Positions 1 through 12,399 of a stretch of DNA of 64,000 bases are shown here, piece after piece. Source of the DNA: Azolla caroliniana (Eukaryota > Plantae > Polypodiophyta). The stretch spans positions 17,174,001-17,238,000 of the forward strand of contig JBHGNT010000017.1 of assembly GCA_043228905.1 (NCBI GenBank), given 5' to 3'. The number at the start of each line of letters is the position of its first letter. Positions within the stretch are counted from its first letter, which is position 1. A program made the translations under genes and the position numbers. The notes beneath the pieces are model-generated. The model searched no databases. It worked only from the letters and a program-made list of their open reading frames with translations, and was not told the DNA's origin.

Positions 1-2070
1 CGACTCACTTATGAATATGCAGCTTTAGCCATCACAAAATGACAATGCCATGAAGCACACTTCCAAGAACCCCATACAAAAGTATGGTTATCTGACACCA
101 TGGTCACCACTGTCCTCATGTCCGGTGCATCCACATGGGTTCCAAGCTCCCTGTGTTTTCCGTAGCAAAGCTTCCACCCCACACAAGATCGTCCATGCTG
201 AATTGGCAGCACTCTCCATGATGGTAGAAGCATTGTTCCAAACTGAACCTCATCAATTGGATTCGAACCATGTCATTGTTGATACGTTGTGGTAGTGATA
301 TGTATGGACACTTAGGTTGCTAGGGTCTTTTTCCCTCACTATGAGATTTTTTACCCTGGCCTACATATATTATTTTTACTTCTCTGCTTTGCTGTGCACA
401 AGGCTTCGCCGCACAGAATCTGTGACCTAACAGTCACTTCAAAGAGCTACAAGCAAAAGTGTTTGAAGCATCAAAAGCAACCACAACAAAAGAACACACA
501 GAAAGATCATGGTACTCAATGGTGATGAAGTGGGTCCAAAAGAATGGCCTCGACATCAAGAATTTTCTGTTGGAGGGTGGCAGCTCCAGACCTGCACTTT
601 CTTTCATCTTTATTATCTCTGTACTACATTCTCTCTTCCTAGATTCTTCTCTCTCTAGAATCTGCAACTCTTTAAATGCCTTCTCTCTCTAGAATCTGCA
701 ATGCTTTAAATGCCTTTTGTCTCTTCCACTTTTTCCAAGATATTCCCTTTTTATTCCTAGTTTATTGTACCTGTTTGGTAGTACAAGAGTCTCTTAACTA
801 CCAAACAACCATTCCCAATTTTGTATAAATAGGCTTATACCAGCCTCTTTTGTAAGAAGATTATTTTCTGCTGCTACTTAGAAACAAGCACAACTCTTTG
901 GCTGTGTCTCTACTCTTTGCAACCATTTTTTCTACTGCTGTCTAACAGCCTTCTCACAGCTTGGCTATGTCTATTTTGTTCTAACTCTTCCGCTGCTGCT
1001 ATTAACAGCTTTTCTCACATTTTCCACCATTTTGATATCATGCACGTCCCCCAAATGATGAAAGGAATAAGGTATTACATCATGACCTATGGCAGCTCTA
1101 TATCCAAAAGACTTGGCCTACACCAAGGGAGCCAGTTCCCCAAAGACTGCCTACTACAAAGTTACAAACATCATTTCATGAACTGTTTGGAGGATGGATT
1201 CATACAGAGACTGACACACATGGATGTTTAAATGCCCCATAGAGCTTGCAATGCAATAGGCCAACTCAAGGTTTCCTCTCACAAACTAGAGTTCATGGCA
1301 AGACAAGCACTTCACATTCCTAGCGCTAAAAGATTCTGCAAATTATGTGAAGGAGAGATCGAATCCAAAAGAAATTCTGCATAGGTGCTCAACTTTCAAC
1401 CACATCAGAAAAAAGTATACTACCCTCTACATGGGGTCCACCATTATTTGAGAAATGATTGAGAAGTCTAGTTTGGTTCATAGTTTGGTCAAATGTTGCT
1501 CGAGCTTCAAACACATAGGGAATCAACCCTTCCATTAGAATGCAAGATGCAATGCCAATTGCAATTCAGGGATTTCTTCCATAGCTCTTTATGTCCACTA
1601 ATGACCTGCCAAGGAGTCACCATAGCGCGAGCGAAAGAACGCAGACAACAACACAGATGGCAAGTAACAGGATACAAGGCACATGGGCAATAATATCACC
1701 AAATTATGGAGATAATTGCTCTCCATATCTGATTTGCACGACATCTGCAGGCACTAGTTAAACTTCATCATAGCGTCATTTTACCACACCAACCAATCTT
1801 GGATATGAAATTCAGTCACCATTACTCTCATGAATAGTAGTTTTGCATTTCATGCTTATTAACCATCTCAAAAATCATTTGACCACATACATGGATCTTT
1901 AGGAAACGTAGAGCATTTATTTGTGTTTTAGTATGGATGATATGAATCCACCCATATTTGTAACAATGATTTGTCTCATAGCCTGATTGCAGCCTCTAGT
2001 AGAGGCTAATCTCTCTGTCTCTCTGTCTCTCTCTCATAGGTCATATTTGACCTCCGAAGACGATAACATA

Positions 2071-2113
<43 letters not shown>
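1..2113 (+). mobile_element. Degenerate 3' part of an RTE/RTEX-like non-LTR retrotransposon with (ATCT)n tail
   Basis: Broken frames read FQEPHTKVWLSDTMVT, FRSKASTPHKIVHAELAALSMMVEALFQT, SWYSMVMKWVQKNGLDIKNF|PPF and QLKVSSHKLEF..RFCKLC.., which resemble the post-RT region and C-terminal Cys motif of LINE ORF2. The element ends in a hairpin at 2038-2053 and (ATCT)n at 2071-2113. Clade assignment is inferred. Confidence 0.7.
568..1019. mobile_element. Solo LTR (452 bp) inserted in the LINE remnant
   Basis: TG...CA termini and a 5-bp TSD TTTTC (563-567 and 1020-1024). Removing it restores the LINE frame GLDIKNF-PPF. Internal TATAAATA near 825. Confidence 0.8.
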
Positions 2114-2114
<1 letters not shown>

Positions 2115-2308
2115 CTCTCTCATCCCATAAATAGCACTTATGCAAGGCATGCTTGTAAAATCATCGCACGAATTATTAGCAATTGTAAAGCCACCTCATG
2201 CATTAAGATCACTACCATTGATATTTAGGATACGTGAAGTCTCCGATATGTGTAATCATGATATCTCCACATAGACATTGGATGATATCAGCCCATAGTA
2301 AACACTAA

Positions 2309-2311
<3 letters not shown>

Positions 2312-2358
<47 letters not shown>

Positions 2359-2380
2359 GCACACACACGCACACGCACAC
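2312..2380. repeat. (CT)n/(CA)n microsatellite
   Basis: Directly visible. Confidence 0.95.
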
Positions 2381-3061
2381 AAAGAAAACAAATGCTAAAT
2401 AGTTTTGTATGATTAATACCTGTGACGGCAATATTCTCGAGTCTAGCAGGTCACAGGTGTGGCTAATATTCCCAAAAAAGTTTTCCTCCATGAATGGACC
2501 TATACAGCGAGAAGAAGAAGAAGAAGAATAGAGAACGGCGCAGCAATTGAATGGCTTCACTCCTCTTCTGCATCAACAAACAACTGCGACGGTGGAGAGA
2601 TATGGTGGTGTGGACGATGGAATGTAATGAAATGAAAGGAAATGGGATCCATTTCGGTGGGCGTCGTCTGCGGTCGTCTGACTGACGGGATTCTGCGACA
2701 GAGAATCGGAGGGGTAGCAGCGCGCAGACATTCCTCGTTAGTTTTCTTCTTCTTCTTTCTTCTTCTTCTTCTTCTTCTTCTAATTTACAAAAATAGCCCC
2801 AAAGCCCCCCTTATGGAGACACCCGAAGATTCATATTCATCTAAAGATTCCACATTCTATATAAAAGATTCATATTCATCTAAAGATTCTACATTCTGTA
2901 TGTATGTATGTATGTATGTATGTATGTATGCATGCATGCAACAATTGCTAAGATGCATTTATCTTCTTCTTCTTCTTCTTTGACGGGGCACCCTCAAAAG
3001 CGATCGAGAGCTTTGTAATTCGTTACAAAGTGAATCGCTCGTTTCGTCTCGAGAGCTGCAT

Positions 3062-3327
3062 TTGGCATGGTACAGAGAAGCCGAGGTCTCAATTCAGCCG
3101 TTTTATTTCGATCAGGGGTGGGGTTGTTGATTTTGGGAAATATGGTTGATAACGAATCTCAAAGGTTAACAGAATTTTTGAAGATGCCAAACAATTGGCA
3201 TGGTAAAGAGAAGCCGAGATCTCAATCCAATCGTTTTATTTCGATCGAGGGTGGGGTTGTCGATTTTGGGAAATATGGTTGATAACGAATCTCAAAGGTT
3301 ATCAGAATGTTTGAAGGTGCCAAACAA
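3062..3327. repeat. Tandem duplication of about 134 bp (2 copies)
   Basis: ttggcatggta...gtgccaaacaa occurs twice with scattered mismatches. Confidence 0.85.
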
Positions 3328-4519
3328 TGGTTATGTATTCCCTCAAATTGCGGATTTTGTTGGGAAGAAAGTACAAGATATACCATTGGTGTATAGATCT
3401 TTGCCAATGAAAACAAATGTTGCGCCTTGGGTGGATTGTCAATTATAGGATGGTACACCTCGCTTGTTATAGGTCACTACAAATATATTGTATCATCATG
3501 TAATGACATCATTATCTTGGCTATCTCCTAAAGTTGAAATAGTGTGGACTATATGTAAGTCAAATGCAAGGTGGAACCAATATCACAACGTGGTTGGCAT
3601 TCCCATTTGCCATTTCGTACAAAGGTATTCATATGGAGACTCACGATTGGTAGGCTCCCATTAGGTTCAATCTTAAAAGGTACAAGCATTAAGGTTAGGT
3701 ACATGCTTCTTTTGCACCATCCTATTGGATGATAGTACACATAGGTTCATTAAATGTCCTATAGCACATATCATTTGGAAGTACTCATTGGACATTTGGC
3801 AAGTTTCAACCCATTGTTATTTGAGGCATCAATAATGGGTTTGTTCTCAGTATGTTCAAAATGGTCTAAATGATGAGGTGGAAACATTGTTCCAAATTTT
3901 ACGATATTGGGGATTGCAACACAATTGAAATAGGCATAATGCTTCTATGTTTGATAGTAGACATGGGCGAAAGCCTATATGAAAAAGTTGAAAGGCATTC
4001 TTATGTGGAATTTCTGGATGTTAGAGCATGTGGGGATCATTTCCTCAAGTTCTCTATTGGTTTTACAGGATGTTCCTCCCCCTACATATGTAGGTAGAGG
4101 AGACTAAGAAGTTGTAACAAGTGAAGAGAAAAGAGAAGAAAGAAAGAAAGTGAAGAGAAGGAGGAGAGAGAGAGAGAGGAAGAAGAGAGGAGAAACTTGA
4201 TAGGAGGAGTGCAACTGAGTGTTTTGTTCATATCTTTTGTTTTTTTTATTAGAATCATGCATGCAAATAATAATTGGAAAGCTCTTTCAAAGACCTTTCC
4301 AACGAGATGTAGCACGTTGTATATAGATTTCCGAGCGTGAAGCAGTGCTCAAATTACTGTCGTGGGTTTTGGGGGTTGCCGATCGAGATGGAGTTCATCC
4401 TCTCTTGGGGGCTTCCTACGAAGATTGACCCGATTCTATGGTGGTCTACACTCGATGGCTATGACAAACAATATAAATCCTAGTATGTCTTTATTACTGC
4501 CTACTTTCGATACAGGTAC

Positions 4520-5151
4520 TAACAGGAACTGCACGCTCCCTATGCGCAACGCTCGGCCACAACCGAGCTTAAAATCATACACAGAAAACGGGAAATGAAA
4601 GCACGACACAATGGAGAGAGGAGTACACAGGATGTTAGCGTGGAAAAACCCAAACTAGGGAAAAAACCACGGCAGCCCACAGACTGCAAACTATAACTAT
4701 ATCAGAATGTACAATAGTGAGCTCACAGAGGCAATGACCTCGTGCTCACGATCTTCGCCACAGGCGGCGGTTACAACAGAGGCAGCGACCTCTTCCTCTC
4801 TCTCTCTCTCTCTCTATACATTGTTACACGCTCTCAAGTCTTGCACCAACAAGAATGACAACAACACTATGTTCTCTGTTTGCCCTAAGTCATATTTATA
4901 CTAATATGACTTTTCGGCTATTTACAAATATAGCCCCGATGGACTCTCAGAAACATATTTACAAATATGTCCCTTCATCTTGTGATCACTCTTCATCGGG
5001 CCTACATCATCCGGCGCTTGCCAAGCACTCATCATCTGGTTCTCACCGGGTCATCCGTAGTCGGGTCTCTTCATCCGGTTTCGGCCTCGGCCGAGATTCT
5101 CATCAGCATTGTTCTTCTCACTTCCCATCCGAAGGGACCTGTTTCCTAACA
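4520..5151 (-). mobile_element. Solo LTR of the copia family found at 55593
   Basis: Reverse complement of tgttaggaaacaggtccct...gttcctgt(c/t)a. TSD GGTAC at 4515-4519 and 5152-5156. Confidence 0.9.
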
Positions 5152-5226
5152 GGTACGTCAATGTCAATGGATATACAAGGGATGTCAAAATCAATGGTTC
5201 CATAGATTACTGATAAAGATGTAAGC

Positions 5227-5969
5227 TGTTAGGAAACAGGTCCCTCCAGATGTGAAGTGAAAAGAACAGTGATGATGAGCAAACTCGGCCGAGGTCGATA
5301 GGCCAAGGCCGAAACCGAATGAGGAGTACCCGGCAACGGAAGACCCGGTGAGAGCCGAATGACAAGTACCCGGCAAGAGCCGGATGGTGAAGACCCGGTG
5401 AGAACCGGATGAGGAGTACCCGGCAACGGAAGACCCGGTGAGAACCGGATGACGTGTGCCGGCAAGCACCGGATGATGTAGGCCTGGTGAGGAGTGCTCA
5501 CCGAATGAAGGGACATATTCGTAAATATGTTTTCTGAGAGTCCATTGTGGCTATATTTGTAAATAGCCGAAAAGTCATATTAGTATAAATATGACTTAGG
5601 GCAAACTTGGTATGTGATGCTGTTGTTTTTTTTGGTCATTCTTTTTGGCGCAAGATTAGAGCGCAACAATGTATAGAGAGAGAGAGAGAGAAAGAGACGA
5701 AGAGTTCGTATCTCTGTTGTAACCGCCGCCTGTGGCGAAGACAATGAACAAGAGGTCGTTGCCTTTGTGTTCATTTATTGTATATTGTTACATAGTGATA
5801 GTTAGCAGTCAGTGGACTGGCGTGGTTTTTCCCGTGTTTGGGTTTTCCACCTAAACATCCTGTGTACTCTTCTCTCCATTGTGTCGTGCATTCATTCCCG
5901 TTTTCTGTGTTTGATTCTAAGCTTGGTTGTGGCCGAGCATTGTTCATCGAGAGCGTGTAGTTCTTGACA
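5227..5969 (+). mobile_element. Solo LTR of the same copia family
   Basis: TGTTAGG...TGACA termini. TSD TAAGC at 5222-5226 and 5970-5974. Clearly homologous to 55593-56711. Confidence 0.92.
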
Positions 5970-7251
5970 TAAGCAATGCAATGAAAAGACCCAAACGTGT
6001 GGAAGACGAGGTTAACATGGCATATGTTGATGCAATGCGTAGTGATGTTAACTTTAAAGATGATGCACACTGGGATTATTTGAGATGCATGGCTAATGCT
6101 TTGATGGAGGATTGCATGAAAGAAAATGCTAAAATTGCTTCAAAGTTTGATGCAGAAGATATTTTTAAGGTTGAGGTGGATACAAAAGAGTATTTGTCAT
6201 CTTTTTCTGCATTTTATGATAGAGGAGTGATACTTTTTTTTACTGGCAAAATACCTACCCTTCATTGGGTCAAACAATGGCTTCGTGGTGTCTTGCATGC
6301 AGATTGTGTAGAGGATGTGTATGTTGGCCCACGTGGTTTCTATGAGGTGGTATTGAATTCAAGTGAGAATAAAGAAACATTACTTGCTAAGTTGCCAATT
6401 TTCCATGGTAGGAGTTTGGTTCATGTTGTTCCTTGGAGACCATTGACTGAGTACTTAGATATATTGAAACAAGATTGTCCGGTATGGGTGGAGGTAGAAT
6501 GTAAGCATTCCACTATGTGGCCACTTTTGCATTCAACAATAGAGAAATTGGGGGAAATTTTGGTGCCTCCTAATGTTAATGCAATGAATCAATATCGATT
6601 GTGTATTCTTTGGAATACTACTATAAAATGACCAGGTTGTCTACAAATAGATCCTATGCCACCAATGTATTTCAAACTTAAATGGGGTACATTTGCAAGC
6701 CATTGTTTCCATTGTGGAGAATTATGACATTTTATGGTAGAATGTCCTCGTACTGGTAAAACTTTAGAGAATCATGAGGTGGTGGAGGATATTCATGAGA
6801 AAGCACAACACGATAAGGACCTTGATTTGGCTATGTGTGAGAATATTGAGGAACAAGGAGGTGTGATTGAGAAAGGGCCAAAGTCGTCAGATAGGGAGGG
6901 TCCATGGTCGGTAGTTTCTGGAAGAATGAATAGGTTTGGAAAGGGCACGTGGAATAAATCCAATGAGGGTATGAAGTTACCATTACAACAAGGCTCTTTT
7001 GGGCGTAGTAAAAATTCAGGTCATCAAGCCGATTTTCCTAGAGAATTATTTTTTGATAGTAAAGGGAATTTGCATAACCCTTAGAATAAGCATACTCAAG
7101 TACAACATAACAAAGGGAATAGATCAAGTGTGTCAAGATTCCCGTCCCATCAAAATTTGTTTGCAATCTTAGGAGATTTTTTCCAAGATTTAGCAGATAC
7201 ATTGATTGAGAGGGGAAAACAGGTTCCCTCATCTAAAGGAAAGGCTAAAGT

Positions 7252-10200
7252 ATGAAGGTGACAACATGGAATGTAAGAGGGATTTGTTCCCGATTTAAGA
7301 TGCATGAGGTGTGGAGTGCTTTTTACACAATCATTGGGATGTTTTATGTGTCGTGGAGCATAAAGAACATAAAAATGCAGGTTTAGTGGTTAACACTAAG
7401 GGTTATATGCTATGTTATTCAGGAAAAGTGAAAGGTGATTATTCAGGAGTTGTTATGTTTATAAGAAATGTGTTTTGTCCTCAAGTTATCTTTAGTGATG
7501 ATTTTGGTCGATTTTTGGTTGTACAAATCTCTTATGAAGGCCAAATTTTGTGATTGGTTGGTGTATATGCTTCAAATCTATCTCAAAAACGAAAGTTGTT
7601 GTGGCAAAATTTGGCTTCGCTTCTTAAGCAAGGTCAAGCAGGAATAATGATGGGGGATTTTAATGTTTGTTGTGAGGAAGCACAATCAATTTTTATGCAT
7701 TCTATAATGAAAAGATCCGAAACTCAATCTTGGGAGCAATTAGAAATGGATGTTCTACATTGTGATGTGTGGCCTTGGATTCATGGTGATGAGCCAAGTT
7801 ATACTTTTCGATCAACACAATACACATCTACTTGGAGTAGGTTAGATCGTATGTATATTATGCATACTGATTCTTTCTTGCTAGAGATTTTGGATATTTT
7901 CATTTCTTATGATTTGGTTCTTTCGGATAATTTTCCATTAGTGTTTGAGCTTGCGCAGCAATCAGTTGATCAATTTGAATATTTCTTAGGACAACCTCCT
8001 CTTCGTTTTAATTCATCTTTTTTAGACCATGAAGTATTTCATGGTTACATGTGTCAATTGATTGAAAATTTCAATTTACATGTTTAAGATGTTGGATTCG
8101 AGGCTTGGGATGTATTTGTTGTAAATGTGCAAAAGCTATCTAGATTTTATGGAATGTATAATGCCTTTAAGAGAAGAAGAAAAATAAAGGCTTTGGCTAC
8201 ATTGTTGGGACAATGTAATGCATTACCAAGTTATTGGCCAATGGATGAGCAATTATTGGATATTCACAAAATATTATCCACCTCGTTATGTGATATGAAG
8301 GTTAAGAGTTATCAACAAGCTAGACTACATAAGTTGAGACAAGAAGTGGATGATTGTAATTGTCAATCACGCAATTTCTTTCATGCCCTTCATGAATCAC
8401 ATGCGAGGTATAATGTGTTGCGGTTACATGAAAATGGGACGATGATTATGGATCCTCATATGATTGTGACAAAATGTGTGGATTATTATAAGCAATTGTT
8501 AGATGTAGAAACTCATGTTGATGAAATTGTTAATTATGCTGAGAGGTGTTCTTGAAGGAAGTTACAAATCATGTATCAATAGAGGTTTCTAATGTTTGGA
8601 TGCATATATATCAGAGGTTGAGGTAGAAAATGTGATTTCTGATCTTGTGAATGGTAAGAGTCCTGGTTGGGATGGTTTAACAAATGAATTCTTTAAGAAA
8701 TATAATACACACTTGAAGAGGTCCTTTGCAATTCTATTCCAAAATGTTTGGTCCACAAGGCACATGCCACAATCTTGGAAGATTGGTTTAATAAAACTGT
8801 TACCTAAAGTGCCATCTCCAATGTCCTTTGCTCAATGGAGGCCTATATCTTTGATGGGGGGGATTTATAAGATTTTCACAAAGATTTTAGCTAATAGATT
8901 ACATACAATATTGCCAACTATTATCCATAATGCTCAATATGGTTTTTTGGCCAACAGAGATATTTTGCATAATATTTTAAATGTTCAGATGGTAATAGAT
9001 TTTGCTGTGTGGAAACTAAAAAAGAGATTGTGATGTTGCAATTGGATCTAGAGAAGGCATACGATCATGTTAATTGGTCCTTTTTATGTCATGTGATGCA
9101 TTGAATGGGGTTTGGTGATCGTATGTCAAATTTAATATATACATTGGGGGATGCTTCAATGTCACATGTCATGCTTAATGGGGGAGTAACACAACCTATT
9201 TCGGTGAGAAGGTCAGTTAGACAAGGGTGCCCCCTTAGTCCACTTTTGTTTACTATTGTCACTCATTCTATACTTGTTAAGCTACATAATATGACGGTGG
9301 ATGGAGATTTGGTTGGGTTAAGATTGCCATCTGGGAGACAGTGTATTACTCAAGCGCTAGTAGATGATCATTTTATGTTTTTGGGAGCTACATGTAATAA
9401 TGTTACAAAGGCTACAAAGGTTTGGGAATTGTTTTCTCTTGCATCAAGATTAAAGATTAATATGCATAAATCAGTTCTTATTTCATGTACTGAGCAAAAT
9501 ATATTGGAGCTTGGCTGGTTAGGAAAGATTGTTAATCGTGGGGAAATTTTTCGACAGTTGGGTTACCCTATTGGAGTAGAAGTTTCACATGTTAAACTAG
9601 TTGACTGGGTGTCGAGAAAGATTGAAAATAAGTTCATCTATTGGAGATCTCAGTCATGGCCATTTCATATAAGGGTTAAAGTTGTGCAATCCATTATGAT
9701 ACCCATGGTTTCTTATTATCTTCCATTGTTTCCATGGTCTAAGAAGGTTGTTGAAAAGGTTACCCAATCCATGCATTCATTATTATGGGAGAAAAAAGGA
9801 AACATGGCATTTCTTGGTTGGCATGGGATCATATTTGTACTCCAAAACGGCTTGGAGGAGCAACATTATTGAATGTATATGAGCATATGGTAGCTCGGAA
9901 GTTTTCATTACTCATTTCTATGTTTGCAAACACACAACCATGGATAGAAATGGTGATTTTCTTTATTGAGAGAATTGGCATCAAGTTTGGCAAATTAAGA
10001 GTAGAAACACATTGGTGGAATGTAGTCAACTCCAAAAGGCAAGTGAAGTGTGCAACGTCTTGGGTTGTTAATCAATTATTATCATCTTGGCAGAATGTGT
10101 TAGAATTTGTCAAGTGGGATCCTCCATCACATAGAGAGCATGTAAATTCTCTACAACTAGAGATTTTGGCAACATCAAGGGTGTTGGATTGGGAAAGTAA

Positions 10201-11083
10201 ACAATCTTTGCAAAATCAATTTAATCGAATGGCTCGATTAGGATTAGTATCACTAAAAGATGCAATTTTGACTTCTCAAAGAAGGTTGATGGCTTTTCGT
10301 ACTACTAGATCAACATTTGGAATTCCACGCAATTATCGGCACATTTGGGATACATTACAAGGATTATCAATGTTGCAAGGGCATGTGCCACATTTGAATG
10401 AAGATTCTCTATATCTTGATTGGACATTTGTGGGGGGGAACAACTTAAGTATGGTTTCAACGAATGAGGTTTATCATACAATTATTGGGAAACATATGTG
10501 GTTAGAAAATAGGGTAATTAAGGTATGGTCTTTTCATAGGCCAACAATTTGGTGGAAAAATGTACTTCAGAAGGGTTGGTGTTCACATTTGTCATTTAGA
10601 GCGAAGGTGTTTATTTGGAGGGTTATGGTTGGTGGATTGCCATTGGGTGATGCTTTATGCAAAAGAAAAATTACTAGTGGTTTCTATTTCTTTTGTACGG
10701 TGGAAGTAGAGCACAGTCGACATCGATTTATTTCATGTCCTATTACAAAGATGGTTTGGAAGTTTATCAATGCAATATGGATGTCCTTGACAAGAGTGAT
10801 ACAATCTCCTTTCAAATGGGTTTTTGCACAAGTGGAATTAGGAGGTCTTTCACCTTCTTTTCAAATTATTTTGGAGTATTTGAGGTATTATGGGCTTTGA
10901 TTTATTTGGCATATGTGAAATGCTTTTATATTTGATGAACAAAGGGGAGTACATTGTTATGTGTTGATATTGAAAGGGTTCCTTTTATGGCAATTTTCAT
11001 TGTTGGAGATGTCAAGCATATTCAATCATGAAGAGAGACAAGTATGTAAGTTAGTTGGACATCACATTCGTCATTTGGTCTGA
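7252..11083 (+). pseudogene. L1 ORF2 (APE endonuclease, reverse transcriptase, zf-RVT)
   Basis: MKVTTWNVRG, MGDFN, SRLDRMY, SDNFP, KSPGWDG, WRPISL, QLDLEKAYD, RQGCPLSP, ALVDD, LGYP and KVFIWR..GGLP..C motifs, split over several ORFs. Confidence 0.9.
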
Positions 11084-11329
11084 TAAGAAAGGTTCGGGGA
11101 TGTCTAGAGACATATTCATGGTTTGTAATGATATGAATATGTATCTCTCTATGTAGATATGTAAAGTTGACTTACAAGTTGTAATAGGGGTTTTTTTACA
11201 TGCAATTAATATAATTGTGTGATTTTAACAAAAAAAAAAGAAAAGAAGAAGAAGAAGTTGTAACAAGTGGAATTTACATACAATTAATACAATTGTGTGC
11301 TTTTACCAAAAAACAAGAAAAGATCTTTT

Positions 11330-12055
11330 ATTATTTGTCTTCGGAGGTCAAGTATGACCTATGAGTTCAAACATCTGACATTTTTCAAGTAAACACGTGC
11401 GAAAGTGAGTAGCGACTCTCGAGGATCGAGATCTTTACGAATGAATGCCACAACCAAGAGTGCACATTGTGACTCTAATAGGAATTCATGCAAAGGATTG
11501 GGTTTGGTCGAAGATGTGTTGGAAAGTATAGTTGAATATGATCAAAGGTAGAACAAAGTATCAAAGCAGGATACTTTGACACCCCAACTTTACTCTTGAA
11601 TGCCACAATGAAGAGTGCACACTATGACTTTGAAAAGGAATTCTTGCAAAGGATTGGGTTTGGTCAAAGATGGCTTGGAAAGCATAGTCAGATGTGATCA
11701 AAGCCAGAGGATTGTATGGAAATGTGATATTCCAAGTCCCGAACTTGTTTACGACAAAGCGTGGATAGTTGATTACTCACATCATGACATGTCTCACATT
11801 GTAGTGAGTGTGAGCTAAGACAATGAGATGGGCTCTAACATTTGTATTGATGTGTGTGGTTTCCCCATTCAACGAAGAATATGGTTTTGTAGTTACGTGC
11901 AACAAATGTACTATAATGTGTGAAGCATGAGCCTTTGTAGTTTTCCCAAATCATGATACATTGATGTTGCAAAAATGCCGCATATACAAAGGAATCTAGT
12001 TATGCATCATGAAGCAAGTGCTTTGCATCCCATCTTCCAAACCATTTTCTATATC
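11330..12055 (-). mobile_element. 3' fragment of an RTE/RTEX-like LINE
   Basis: Minus strand reads FDHIQL..HIFDQTQ..HEFLLESQCALLVVAFIRK..RESLLT with frameshifts. Same 3' hairpin as 2038-2053 at 11345-11360. Internal duplication at about 11443-11730. Confidence 0.6.
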
Positions 12056-12057
12056 GT

Positions 12058-12102
<45 letters not shown>

Positions 12103-12106
12103 CTAG

Positions 12107-12293
12107 ATGAATGTAGCTCAATTGGTAAGGTTGCCCAATGGAGACCAGGTGGTCATGGGTTCAACCCCTACATTCCACAGTGGCGTCTAGTGAATTAAGA
12201 GATATGTATGAAGTATAGAATAGAGATGTGCGAAAATTGGGTATCGAACCCAAGGTGTAGTGCTTGTAGTGTTAACAACTTACCACTAGGGTA
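12107..12293. mobile_element. tRNA-derived SINE-like element with two opposed Pol III heads
   Basis: Plus strand: A box TAGCTCAATTGG and B box GGTTCAACCCC (12114-12168). Minus strand: CCTAGTGGTAA...GGTTCGATACCC (12238-12292). Confidence 0.5.
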
Positions 12294-12399
12294 AGATAAT
12301 TACGAGAGAGTGAATGAGTTGGTCTATAAGACTAAACAAGAGATTACATCTTAAGTGTTGTCTCGTCTTTGAGAACAACTGATCAAAATAAATCAATGT

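Larger units (their letters stand above)
4456..7084 (+). pseudogene. L1 ORF1 (RRM/DUF4283-like region and CCHC zinc knuckle), interrupted by two solo LTRs
   Basis: After removing both LTRs the frame runs MAMTNNINP..DTGT|SMSMD..VP*ITDKDVS|NAMKRPKR. Knuckle CFHCGEL*HFMVECP at about 6703-6747. Confidence 0.75.
4124..11251 (+). mobile_element. Full-length but mutated L1-clade LINE (ORF1 + EN-RT ORF2)
   Basis: 18-bp TSD AAGAAGTTGTAACAAGTG at 4106-4123 and 11252-11269, A-rich tail at 11228-11251, and ORF1 and ORF2 remnants with stops and frameshifts. Confidence 0.92.

Noticed and set aside
246-420. Short insertion in the first LINE with a minus-strand B box (GGTTCGAATCC)
   Set aside because: It could be a SINE, but there is no clear A box, tail or TSD.
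12107-12180. Functional tRNA gene
   Set aside because: A and B boxes are present but I could not fold a convincing cloverleaf, and a diverged relative at 17395-17452 points to a repeat.
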